Position numbers and translations under genes: made by a program. From assembly GCA_036172245.1 (NCBI GenBank), contig JAYWIR010000001.1:8804001-8868000 (forward strand): a DNA stretch of 64,000 bases, written 5' to 3'. Within the stretch, counting starts at the first letter, position 1. Every line of letters starts with the position of its first letter. Of this stretch, positions 38,106-50,232 are shown one piece after another. Source of the stretch: Raillietiella orientalis. Lineage: Eukaryota. The notes beneath the pieces were generated by a model. That model was given only the letters and a program-made list of their open reading frames with translations, did not search any database and was not told where the DNA came from.

Positions 38106-39520
38106 TACTTGTTGAAGCCTCGATCGAAACCGTAACTTCCATTTTCCCAGAGAAAGCGGGCTCTCAAATAGAAAACATTCGCAAATACTCTGCTAAAAAG
38201 TCGAGCCGAACCATCGATTCGCACGGCGTCTGCAACACCAAGCTTCCTGCTTGAAGGGAGTTTCCTTTTTGTTATTAATATGCCGTGAAAACAATGTATT
38301 TCACTGAAACACTTTACACTGAACTGAGCGCACTGATGGTACTTTTCCACCTTATCAGATCTAATCCGGCTATTCGTTTCCTGAATTTCGTTCCGAAGGC
38401 ATGTAATATTATAAAATGAAAACATTAGAACCGTGAATACGAAGTTTTCCTTTGTTTTGTGTCTCGAATTAGTGCAGTGAATAAAATTCAGGATACTGTT
38501 AGATTCACTCCGATGAATCATTGAGGTAATTCTTACACTCCTTTAACCTACACTTCTCCACAAAATGAGGCAATGTTTCGCACAAAATGGCAAACCATCA
38601 GTGCTGGCTAATTGTTTACTAGTTGAAGTTTGTGAAATAAAAGCATCCCTTCGAACTTTTAATGCTACTGCATGATTTTATAACATGGTTTGCGCTCGAG
38701 AGTGTGTCACTGGAACACGTAGGTTAAGGGAAGCAAACTGGTGTCGCTGATCTATGTAATTTATATTCTCCACGTTAAAGTTGGAAACAGATAATTACTA
38801 AGCGAGGCAGCAAAATACAAAAGCAAAGCATACCCAAGAAACTACTACACTATAAAATTCAGTTGGGTGTAGTTTCTTTGAACATCAGTTCAGGCAGAAT
38901 AACTTCTCAGATAAGCAAAAGCTCTTATAATTCAACTGCGACTATATTAAAAGAATATTTGTATCTGGCACGGCAATACTTGTATATGTGACTAATCAAT
39001 GACTATAATAATGACAATTGCAACAGTGTTTTTCATTTCAGTAATCAAAGAACGTGTGTGCACCTTACCTCCAAGCTGTTAAAATCAGTCAGCGAAGAAG
39101 AGGAGACCAGAAATAGTTGCAACATAAACATTGCATTACATTCTCCATATTTCCGTGAGTTACCAATGACTGAATTTCTTTACGAATCAATCGTTTATTG
39201 ATTAGCAAAGAAACTGATGCTCCTTTTGAACGAATTTCGGTTTTTCCTTTATTTTCCCTCGTTATAACATTTCTCTCTGGCGTTCACATAAGGATTCGTA
39301 CCCGAATCCAATACGTACAAGACGTAAGGGTAATAGGAAAGGATCAATCCGGTAATCATACGATAAGAATCCTTGGACCATGGTTAAATGCGCAGCGTGA
39401 AAAACTGATGCAGCACAGGGAAAATTCTGGAGCACAGCTCAACACAACTGTGCTGTCAGAGGGCACAGCTGAATCGAATAACCGACAAGTGTTTTTGTCA
39501 TATCTCTCAAGTCATTTTCT

Positions 39521-39542
39521 TGTGTGTGTGTGTGTGTGTGTG
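39521..39542. repeat. (TG)11 microsatellite
   Basis: Direct reading. Confidence 0.9.
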
Positions 39543-41249
39543 TTTTTTTTGGTTCCAGCAAAAGAATCAAGAACCAAAACAGACAATCAGTCTTGTTTGT
39601 TTTGACTGGCGGAGGCACGATTTTTGCGCTTGTAATCGAAGAAGCACGTCTTACGTAATCCATGGAAGGGGGCGCTCCACTTCGAAATTGTGTAAACACA
39701 CCACGGCTTTCTGATAGGATAATTATCGATTCGGTTGACAGCCCTTGGCACCCCTTCTGAAAGCTAACCGGCGCTCCCTTCGCGAGCCTTCGGACGAAAT
39801 TCCCGAAAGCTCTTCGTCGAACGTCCGTCTACCGAGCCTCAGAAGCAGCAGCTGGCAAAGTGTATATCGTGGAAACACTGAAATAAGCAGTAAAGGGAAA
39901 AAAAAACATAATGCAGAAAAGAATGAATGAAATGTGTTTCCACGAGTTGTGCACGAGAACTGCAACCGAATACCTGTCACTCTATGAGAAAAACAACAAC
40001 CTGCCAAGTGGACACTGGGAATGTACTGCAGGATCATCAGTTGAATGATGACGCTGATGAATCCCACTCAGGTGTCATGCCGGACCAAGTCCCCGTCCCC
40101 GATATGATGAGTGCGTTACCGTGGTTCCACAAAAGCTTTCCCATAAGGTCGCCCAGCTCGTCGCCAGGCAGCCAGCGGCACGCAAAGACCTGCTGCTGCT
40201 GCTGTTCTTCGGCAAACTTTGCTCTTCCGTGTGTGGGGATTGGGCGCGGCGGGTTCAAAGTTCGGGGCGGTTCCTGCTCGCCGGCTGCTTCTTCCTGGAT
40301 TCATAGGCAGCACCCCTACGAATCCAGGAAGGGCTCGGAGTCCGTTCCTCTCACGCTTGGGGGGCTCACCTCTCTCGCACCTCCCACCCTGGTTGTCTCC
40401 GAAAGGGAACTCCGAAGGGAATCTTCTTCCTCATTCTCTCCGGAGGGACCACCGGAACCCGGAAGGGGGGTGGTCCTCTCCGGGGGTCACACTTTGCGAA
40501 GCGACGGCAGCCACGCCCGTCAGTGTTCGGAAGGAAGTGACAAGGTATTCTGAGCCAACGACGCGTACACTGACGAGTACACTGGGGAGTGTGAAAGCAA
40601 GCAGAGTCCCCATGCGATCGAGGGACGGAAGGTGCAGGCTGCAGGGAATTCCACGTAGAGTTCCGAACCTCCGGCGCAGTTACATAAGACGGCATCGAAA
40701 TGAACTTGTCTTATTTAATTAGATACACTGCATGATTTCTAAATTGAAGAGCTGAATACATTTACGAAGAAAACTTTACCGGGCAAATGATCGAAAATTA
40801 ACAGAAAGCAACCTCGTCCTACTTAAATATTGATCCTTCGCATTATGCAACGTTTTTCTTACTTATTCTGTACTTGTAAAACAACGCTAGATTTGATTTT
40901 TTTTTTAGTAATAATACTTTATGGATAACTCGATACAAACGCACAATAAATAAATCCACAAGAACTTTATAAACATTCCATGCAACTGAAGAGAAATCAA
41001 CAAACCCCAAATCAGAATCACACTATCAAAAGTTTCATGCGCTTTTAGCAAATGTTGTACCAGTTGCTAACGTGTCTCCAAAGTGATGAAAGGTGACGTC
41101 CATGGAAATTTTCGACTAGAAGTTAGAAAGTTTTGTAAAGCCATTGTACAATTATTTAGTTGAAATACGTGTGAAAGTATTGTAGTGTGTTAACGATAAC
41201 TTCTCTCATAGTTAAACTTTGAAATTTATTGAACTATTCAATTGTGCAT

Positions 41250-41708
41250 ATGCAGAAAGTTACAACTGAAGAATTGATGACTATTTTGGCTAGCTTACAG
41301 AATAAGCAACAGACAATGAGGAGCAAAAATACTTTGACGTTTCAGAAAAAATTTTTTCTGGAATTGTTAAGTAAAAAAGTAAGGAGAATGATTGAACAGA
41401 AACAGAGAGAGAAAAAAAGAAAATGGCTTCTTCATAGAGATATGCTCTTATCCAAAATGGAACCCGTTTATGAGAAGAATCTTATGCAATTCCACAATTC
41501 ACCCGAGAGTAAAGGATCGGTAATGGATGTGAATCCATCTTCAAAGACATCATCACCCCTTGCTGATATGTGCGGCATTCAAACCCCAAATACAACAAAA
41601 AGTTTGAGCAATTTGGACCAGCATTCGTATGAATCGGATTTTTTAAATTTGGGACAATTTTTCAACCCCTTACCAGTGCAAAGGTATAGGAACTATCCAG
41701 TACAGTAA
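41250..41708 (+). CDS. Uncharacterised ~150-aa protein with a basic helical N-half and S/T-rich C-half; weak IER-family resemblance
   Basis: A 459-nt ORF from ATG 41250 in AT-rich DNA. A CAG acceptor at 41253-41255 is an alternative entry point. AATAAA signals follow the stop at ~41720 and ~41743. Confidence 0.5.
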   Translation: MQKVTTEELMTILASLQNKQQTMRSKNTLTFQKKFFLELLSKKVRRMIEQKQREKKRKWLLHRDMLLSKMEPVYEKNLMQFHNSPESKGSVMDVNPSSKTSSPLADMCGIQTPNTTKSLSNLDQHSYESDFLNLGQFFNPLPVQRYRNYPVQ

Positions 41709-44700
41709 GAGCAGGTGAAAATAAAGTTTATCTGTACAAAACAATAAAAAAATCCAAATGCAATGTAACCAGAGTGATGTACGTTTTCAAATCAGGTTGA
41801 CAATGTTTATAATGTACTGAAAATCTTTGCTTTATTGGCACATGCATTTTTGACGGTTTTTCTTCCAGGTTTTGTACCCAAAGATATGAGATAACAATCG
41901 AAAGTTCACAATATCATGGATGCGTTAATAACTCGGTGTATAATTATCAGTAAGCAGCCAATTTAATATTGCATATTACAGTTAATTTGTGCATTGATAT
42001 TTTTATTTTTAAATTACACCATTTAAATTATACCAAAGGTCTAAGACATGTTCACAGATTTGATATATTTGAAATAAATTGAGAAATTAACAATAAAAAT
42101 GTCATCTAGTGCTAAATGGGTTGTATAAACTTGGCATTCATACTTCTAGTACACATCAGAAAAGTGAAGGTGAGCCGTGTTGAGGCATATGGCAAGAAAT
42201 AGTTTACGTTTTATTGATATTTGAAAAGTATACAGTTGTTTCAGAAGATAAAATACATGGTATGTATTTTTGACAGGAAGGTTGCAACAATGATAGTAGT
42301 TAGAACTGACGTAAAAATTTTTGTTTAGGTAAGTCCAAGCTGCCATCAGAATCATACAGCTCTAAAGAAGAGAAAACTATGGTAATTTAATGTAATTTAA
42401 AATTTTAATGTGTGAACAAATAACTTTTAGTTTCTTATCGTTTCATTTATTTATCATGAGCATTATTATAATGAATGATCCATTTATTTGAATTAAAAGG
42501 ATGTAGTTTTTGAGCTTGTATGCACATTTAGATTTGCATATTGGTAGAGAAACAATTGAGTCATTTTATTAAGTAATTAAAAAAGCATTCTTTGAAATTA
42601 AAATATGACTTGACTGCTTTCTTTGCGTAATTTTTAGAAGTGTACTGTAAACACAGTAAAAGGACTTCCAAATGGAATGGGCGGAATCCTTTTCAGAGAA
42701 TGGTGAGGAATGTTAATTTTAAGTAAATTTGTTTTGCATACCAAAATGATAATAGTTCAGTTTGGGAGGAAGTCTTGAGGATGAGAGAATGAAGTGAAAC
42801 CACATGAGGTCAGACAATTGTCTTTAAGCTTGTGCAGGTAATGGCTTGTTATTGAGGAACTAGACTTGAAGTTGGAATAGAGTTAATGAATAAAGGAGGG
42901 AGGGATGTGGCAATTTGAATTGGCAAGTAGCAAGTAGTGTGTGAATTACATTATTGTGTGGTAAGCTACCTTCTATTGGATAACACCTTGATATTGTAAG
43001 AAGTGACATCCTGTCTTGGTGAGTCTGTTACCTAGTACCATTGTGTGCCCTGTATCATGTATCAATAAAGTTCAGTAAAGAATTATCTTCGTTTTATGAA
43101 ATTGTTTTCTTTTAAAATACTTTGATTGGATTTCAAGCTTGTATAATTGTTATTAAAATATACATTTCTGCTATTACTGCTCTGAACTATAGTTTCAATT
43201 TTCAGAACTATTGTTGAGAAGCATAAATTGGAATCAAAAATTATTTTTTAAAACAATTACAACATTTTTAGCATCAGCACTTTCATCACAATCTGTCACC
43301 AAAGTTATTTTAGTAGGTTTAGGTATATAATTGGTGTTGTCAAGAACAGGTTAGAAACTGTGGTCATGATAATTTGTTTCTGATTGTTAAGCATCAGGTG
43401 AGCCATGAAAGCCCTTAAATGTTGACATCTTCATTTGTAGGTTTGTTTTAGTTTCAACTTTGCGTATTTTACCTTGTTATTAGGCTTGGTAGCTGTTGCC
43501 ATAAAAACAAAAAAAAAGAAAAGACTTAACCTTTCCCATTTTGATTCCATTGCCTGTGCACCTGCATTGGTTCTGATAGCCATTTCCAAAATGTTTCATA
43601 TGGTTCATAGGTAAAAGGTCTTTTTTGTGCAGTGAACTTAAAATTCAGTGTTTCTGATAACAGTGTATTTGTGCAGATTTAGTTTTTCTCCTCCTATCCT
43701 TTATCCACCCATGTGGTAGCTATGTGGATGAAATCAGCTTCTTGCTTGGTGCTGAAATTTTTTTTCTTGAAATACATGGCTGCAAAGCCTAATCTTTTAA
43801 CCAAGAATAATTTTCTTTGAAACTAATTATACCCAAGCTGATGAACTAATAAATTCAAGTGTAATACATTGTATTTAGGCGCTTATTATGATTGCTGTTG
43901 GAGTTTGGCAGGTGTTTATTTTTTGTGTGATTTTCTGAGGCATCATGTTGCTGTATTTTGCTTTGTTTACATTTGTGTTTTTTCCTAAACATTCCTGTTC
44001 CAGTAGCTTTTTGCCTTTAATTGATGATAAAATCACTATGAGATCATGGCTAGCTTTGTTAAGTATGGTTCTCGGAATAGTTTTCCTTTTGATGATAATT
44101 TTTTGATAACTGGAAAACTGTTGTGCAGTGAACATGAGCATGATTTGAGAATATAGACTCTGATCATAGTTTCAAGCTCAGTATGCTTAGCTCTTAAGTG
44201 TTCTGTGTTTGCAGTGCTCATCTAGTTCCAGTGGTGTTATACTGTGTGTACTCTTTCTTAGTTAGTCATGTCTATGGCATTTTGGAGACCAGTATAATAA
44301 ACCACCACAAATGCCGTGTGTATGATTCATTGATACTTCATTCAAGAAAAACAGTCGAAGATTACCAGCAGGGTATTTTGTGTAATATTCTAAAAAATTA
44401 ATACCTTTTTCAGGATTCTGCATTTTTTTTATTTTTTTGCAACAAGAAAACTGAACTTTGCAGCCCTAAGTGTGAATAATTGAATATTGTGTGACATCAT
44501 AACAAGTGAGGAAAGATAATATTTGCATTCATTTGTAAGGATTAAAAAATCTAAAATGTTGAAATTTTGGTGTATACAAGTGCTTTTTGGAAATAAAATT
44601 TTTCAAAAAGTGTCAGTCAATTTAATATCAGATCCTTGTAGGATACTGTGAAACATTTGACACCACAGGAACATTCCATCAACATTTACCAATTTTCAGA

Positions 44701-44813
44701 TCTTCCAAGTTAATTTCGTGTAGTAGAAATTCCTAGGTTTATTTAATTTATTTTTGAATTTGAGATTATGATTTTTACTGAAAAGATAGAAACTTTTTGG
44801 GGTTCATGAAGTG

Positions 44814-45540
44814 TTACACTGAGTTGGGTGCTATAGCTTTGCTTAAAATTTCATAATCATAGCAATTCACAGTGCTTTGTGGAGAAGTTTCATCAATCTG
44901 ATATCTGTAAGTAAAATGAAGAAAAGTTTGCTTTAAATTCCAGTGAACCATTTACCCTAATGCATAAAAGAATGCCTGAGCACTTGGATTATGTTTGAAT
45001 ACAGTTAGCACAATCTTGTGCATATTTGATGATGTGGCTAGCTGCTCAAGAATGTGCATCATGTGTTTGCCAAGACCTTTTCTTTGGATACATTCTTCTA
45101 ACTGTAATTCATAACTTATTAGGACAGTAAAAACACAGTACACACTTGATTACCAATAAAGCACAGGAATTCCATAATCCATATCAAATCTGAAGTGACA
45201 AAAACCAACAGGGTTATTTTCCTGTCTTCCAATAAGATACCAAGCAGCAGTATGCAGCATTTCTTTTTTCTTAAGAGGAAAATCCCATCCCCATGAACTT
45301 TCTATGTACCTGCAAATCAAAATTCAGGAAAGGTCAGAAAGACATTTCTACTAACAAGTTGTACATATTTTTTTTGAAGAGATCAAGCAACCATTTTTGA
45401 TCCGTTTCAGCAATGTTTGTTGCCTTGCAACACTCGATATGCACGAGCAAATTTGATTTCCTAAACGTTTTCAGATCCGGCAAGTTCATTAGCGGATCCT
45501 GCTGTTTATTGGCTTTCTTAACTAGCAGTTTTCCCTTCAT
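44814..45540 (-). CDS. NAA40: N-alpha-acetyltransferase 40 (NatD, histone H4/H2A N-terminal acetyltransferase), multi-exon
   Basis: Reads KANKQQDPLMNLPDLKTFRKSNLLVHIEC...NMYNLYIESSWGW...[38 protein letters not shown]...MHKIVLTVFKHNPSAQAFF...YQIDETSP...YEILSK. Introns are 46, 39 and 51 nt. A possible extra first micro-exon (MEK) starts at ATG 45624. Confidence 0.93.
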
Positions 45541-46266
45541 TTGTTTTCTTGTGATGGCTGGAGGCTAATTTGTGTGCGCCGCTTAGCAGGAATGCATCTC
45601 CAATTGCATGAAACTTTTCTCCATTTTTCTTTTAAAAAAGAAACATATGACACAAACACCACAACCAACCTAAGTGCAACTATTGCATTGCTCGGGTATA
45701 GAGGCTGCCTGACCGATAGCAAAATAGGATTCATAACAAAAGTCGCCATTGCTTATTAGTACATGCAGCTGGCATCTCATCTGCGTCAAATTACATTTCA
45801 TGAAAACTAGTTCGTTTTATTTATTTGAAATGGTCGTGTGAAGCTGTAGAACGTCGCATGGTAATTTAAGTATAGAAAAAGAAATACAGGTATAATGACC
45901 GGTATGTATGGAGCATGGTATATATACATAAAATAATTGAAATAAATATCAGACATTTTGCACTTATCTGTTTCATTATTTCGATTATTTGTAAATTCAT
46001 CTTTGTTAGGTTAAATAGCAATACTACATTCCGTCTACGTCTTTATGATTATTGAGCAATCAAGAGCAATCCATGAAATTATTGAACAAAAACCTTTTGC
46101 ATGAACTTCTGAAATTTACAGTATTTCTCTAGGGTTTCTTTGATCTCCTCCATCAAATATGCCAACAGTGAAAAAAAACTACGTGTGTATCTGCGTTTTC
46201 ACATTTAATCGATGACAAAGAGCTAACAGCAAGAAGCTTTGTACATTACTCCTTTAGTACCGTATA

Positions 46267-46412
<146 letters not shown>

Positions 46413-48358
46413 GAAAGCACGTGTTTATTGGGAAAAACCAAAGAAAAGGAATTTTCAGATATTTCAAATAAATTGCTCTTAAGGGAGAGTAAAAATGCAA
46501 ATAAGAAAAGCAACAATGAATTAACTGTTTGATAAAAAGAGTAGATTTAACAGTGAGAAACAATAACTCCTTTAGAACATCAAGAAAAAAAATCAGCCCC
46601 AACAAGAAAAAACAAATAGATTTGAAACTCAAACGAACTTTTGAAAACGTTCGTAAAAAAATTCCAAATTTATGAAAGATTATAACATCTTGTATATTTG
46701 TTGAGTATTGGATATTTGTTCTAGTCTCGTATATAGAAAAAAAAAAAAAAACGCATACAAAAAACTGTTCTCTATTCCATGCAGCTCGTGATAGACTGTT
46801 TTTCTCTCGTTAACGATCTGCAAAGTCAATTAGCAAATATGTGTACCGTCCAAGACTGCATTTCGTTTTATACGGGGATCCCTTATATTGTGGTTATCTG
46901 TATTTAAGCCATGCTTCTTCGCTTTCACAGTTTCTAATGATTTCGTTTAAGTTTTCAACAAGGATCGATTTTGAGACATTTAAGAGTTTCAGATTATCAG
47001 GAGAGTTTCAAAGTTTTGTTATTCTTCTTCGCAAAAATTGCTGCATAAGCTCATATTCAGAATAAGAAAAAAAAACTGCAATAATTGTTTCATATACTTT
47101 TGTTTTGGCGTGCTTAAATGTCCATCGTTTCTGAAATAAGTTCCTTTCAACTTATGGAATGTTAATGTCGAATGAAGAATTTTCGATTTCCTTTCTTTTT
47201 TGTTTGTTTGGTTAGAGTACTAGTTTTCTTTATTGATTCTTACTTGTCATTTTTGTCTGTTTCAACGCTTCTGATTTTCCTCACGACCTTTGAAGTGCTT
47301 ATTACGATATGTGTCATATTATATCGTTCTTTCGGTGTTTTTGTTCGAAACAAGCAAACATTCCAGGAGGAAAATAGCATGAAATTCACACAGTTTGAGT
47401 TTACATCTATACTCTTTATCTGCAGTAACCATTGCTTTGATACAGCACGCATATGGTTTAAGTTGGTATACTCAGAAATAATATAGTTTATTATTAATAA
47501 AGGTATACAGCGGTGTAAAATACACGCTCAAAGTTTCTTCTTTTGAATGCATAGATTAAAGAACACAGCCAACCATAGTATGAAGTAAAAATCGGAATGG
47601 GTCCGTAGAACCCTGTTATCTTGCCAAGCCTGAGTGTTTCAACCAGCTGATGCGAGTCCATGCTGCCCGGTGTATGTGCTAAAGGTCATGTAGCTGATTT
47701 TCCCTGGATCATCACTATTGCCCAGCGTCTCCTTACAACAGTTTACGTACTAAGATTTTGATTTTGCAGTGCGTGGGGATGATTGTAACTTCTGAGTAGT
47801 TTCCCATTAGTGTGGAATGAATGAATCATCAAAGGAAGCGCCTTGAATATTCATGCTAAACTTATGGAAACTTTCGCATAAATGAGATACCAGGCGTTTG
47901 CATAATGTATAGTACATTACAATGTTATGAAGTGCCATGAACTTGCATTCCAGAACATAACACGTATCAAAAATATAACGATCAAACATGTGTCTGGTTT
48001 CCCTGCCGTTTCATGATCACGAATGATCATGGGAGGTGAATACTTATCTTTGAAGAATTAGTAAACTTCGTATTCAGGAGTAATTTTTGAGCACCAAAAA
48101 AATGTTTTCCAGATTTTTTCAAGTAAAGGAATTAAAAATTGCCTTACGTAATTTTTCAATGTTGGTTTTTTTAAGATCTCTGGAAACACAGAAATGTTCC
48201 ATGAAATGCAGTACATTTATCAGATGTTTAAACTCTTTCAAAACCAGTCATTTTAAAGTTGAGATTTGTCCTATTTATTAAATACATAAAACGTTTCTTC
48301 ATCATCAATGTTTGTGATAATTGTTTTATAATCTAAGATAAAACATTTATTTTTTGGA

Positions 48359-48760
48359 ATGGCACTGATTTATAAAGCACTTTTTATTTGGTTTGTGATT
48401 CTTGTTTTTCTCATAATGCTTGCACTTCATCTGGACAAGAAAATTCTTTGGAGTTGGTATGTAATTTTTACACCAATATGGATATATGACTTTCTGACTT
48501 TCAATTACATTTTGATGATATCAATAAATTATTGGCGCAGTAGAAATCATTACGGATCTTTGAAGAAAAAAGTCTGCCATTTGTGTGCTGCAGTGTTGAA
48601 GTTGACTTTCCAAATTCTTCTGTGTCTCAAATTGGATCATCCAACTTGGCCCATACCAACATATCTTGTGTTGTTGCCGTTTTGGACATTGATGCTATTA
48701 ATGCATATCAGTTTGTTGTGGCATATGATTTCTGATGAAGGAATAACGTTTCCTGTTTAG
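48359..48760 (+). CDS. TMEM60: Transmembrane protein 60, single coding exon, 133 aa
   Basis: MAL...WFVILVFLIMLALHLDKKILWSWYVIFTPIWIYD...LKLTFQILLCLKLD...YLVLLPFW matches the TMEM60/TMEM185-type pattern. Four hydrophobic segments and the length both fit TMEM60. Confidence 0.85.
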   Translation: MALIYKALFIWFVILVFLIMLALHLDKKILWSWYVIFTPIWIYDFLTFNYILMISINYWRSRNHYGSLKKKVCHLCAAVLKLTFQILLCLKLDHPTWPIPTYLVLLPFWTLMLLMHISLLWHMISDEGITFPV

Positions 48761-49871
48761 TCGAAAGTGTAGTTATCAAATTAGCTCTTTTTTTTTTTTT
48801 TAATATTTCCCTGTTCTGTGCATGTTTTTTTATATATCTCACTGCTTTACTGTTAATTCATAGGTATATGTTCATTCCACCAAAGCATTACAAATTTTCG
48901 TTTCTTTGTTTTGTGTACTCAATAAATAATTGTGTATGAGACTGAATTATCATTAAGTTGCCAGAAAATGATCAGGTAGTGTACTAGTTGCTAGTTTTCT
49001 TATAAAATGTTTCAAGAGTTGTGGACCTTAGCATAAAGGCATTGTATTATGAAATTAATTGCCATCAAAGCATTCAAAGGTTGTAAAGAGAAAAAAAAAT
49101 TCAAATCCAACAAACCAATGATGATAGCCTGATCATCATTTAGATCGTTTTTCACCTCTAGACATGAAAATAGGAATCCTTTTATCCTAATGTCCCATGT
49201 AACTTAAAGGTGCACAAACTATAGCCATAAGAACATTCAGGCACTGCATAAATTTCTCTATACTGAATTGAAAAGTAGTTGAAGAAAGAAGAGTGTATAA
49301 AATTGCATTATATGTAAGGTGTAAAAAGATCTACAGCCTTTTCATTTCAACCTCTCTACATCTTGAAGCCAAAGGTTACATTCTACTAATGGAATTTCAT
49401 TAATCCTTGGTGTAGACAATAGAACAATTGTGGCTATTTCAGTTTTCCATACTTGCACCTGTCTGCAGATTTTTGGTTTTGAATGCATGAATTTTGGTGG
49501 GCAAAATATGCAATAGCAAAATTACATGGTTTTAATTTCATGTTACACTTTGTAGATAATTCATTACAGCATAATTCTTCGAAGTGGAGGATAGAAGGAT
49601 GCGCCCTCTCGATGTGAAAAGACCACAAAAGTTTCGGAACATTTGATAAACAGCGCAGTTCTATGCCGTAGGGAATGCATTCAGTGAAAGAATTGGAGAT
49701 TCTCGTATACAGACGGGTCGTCAGTGTTTTGGAGGTAGTACGTATCCATCTTCGGTTTATGCGTTTGAACTTGCATTTCTGGAAACACCGATGGTAATTT
49801 TTCCGTTTCCATGCAACGTGCATGGCTATCGTATCAGAAGAGAAATGACATTGCAGCTGTATCAAATAGGG

Positions 49872-50232
49872 CAGTGCTTCCCAAAGGTGGCGACGCCGCC
49901 CCATTGTGGGCGCTGGGACGGGTCACGGGGGTTATAGTAGCCTCAAGTGCTACTGGGGGGGTGTCGAATAAAAAAACAGTAAGTTTATGCGTGTAACACG
50001 AATGTTACTATGGTCGATTTCAACAAATGATTTAATTTGTTGCAGCAGCATCTTTTCTTACTATGTTGTAGGACGTAGATGGAAATATAGATCCATAAAA
50101 TAACGCAAATTTGTCACTGCATCTTTCATTAACTTGGAAAAGTTCCTTCTCTAAGTGAACAAACAGAAATAGTAAATTAATTTTTTTTATCTGACAAAGG
50201 GGCGGTAGGCCAAATAAGTTTGGGAAGCTACG
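49872..50232. mobile_element. Non-autonomous hAT (Buster/Charlie-type) MITE, 361 bp
   Basis: The left terminal inverted repeat (TIR) is CAGTGCTTCCCAAA. The right end is TTTGGGAAGCTACG, a degenerate copy of TTTGGGAAGCACTG. An identical 8-bp TSD, AAATAGGG, lies at 49864-49871 and 50233-50240, with the central TA typical of Buster elements. Confidence 0.85.

Noticed and set aside
40516..40600. Hammerhead-like core (GTC...CTGACGAG...GAAA)
   Set aside because: Stems I and III cannot form in the required register, and stem II is weak.
39927..40722. Overlapping 208-aa and 167-aa plus-strand ORFs
   Set aside because: There is no recognisable domain, and long ORFs in several frames are expected from the local high GC.
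44090..44163. TGATGA...CTGA box C/D snoRNA-like arrangement
   Set aside because: There is no convincing terminal stem, and the rRNA-complementary stretch I could recall is not adjacent to box D.
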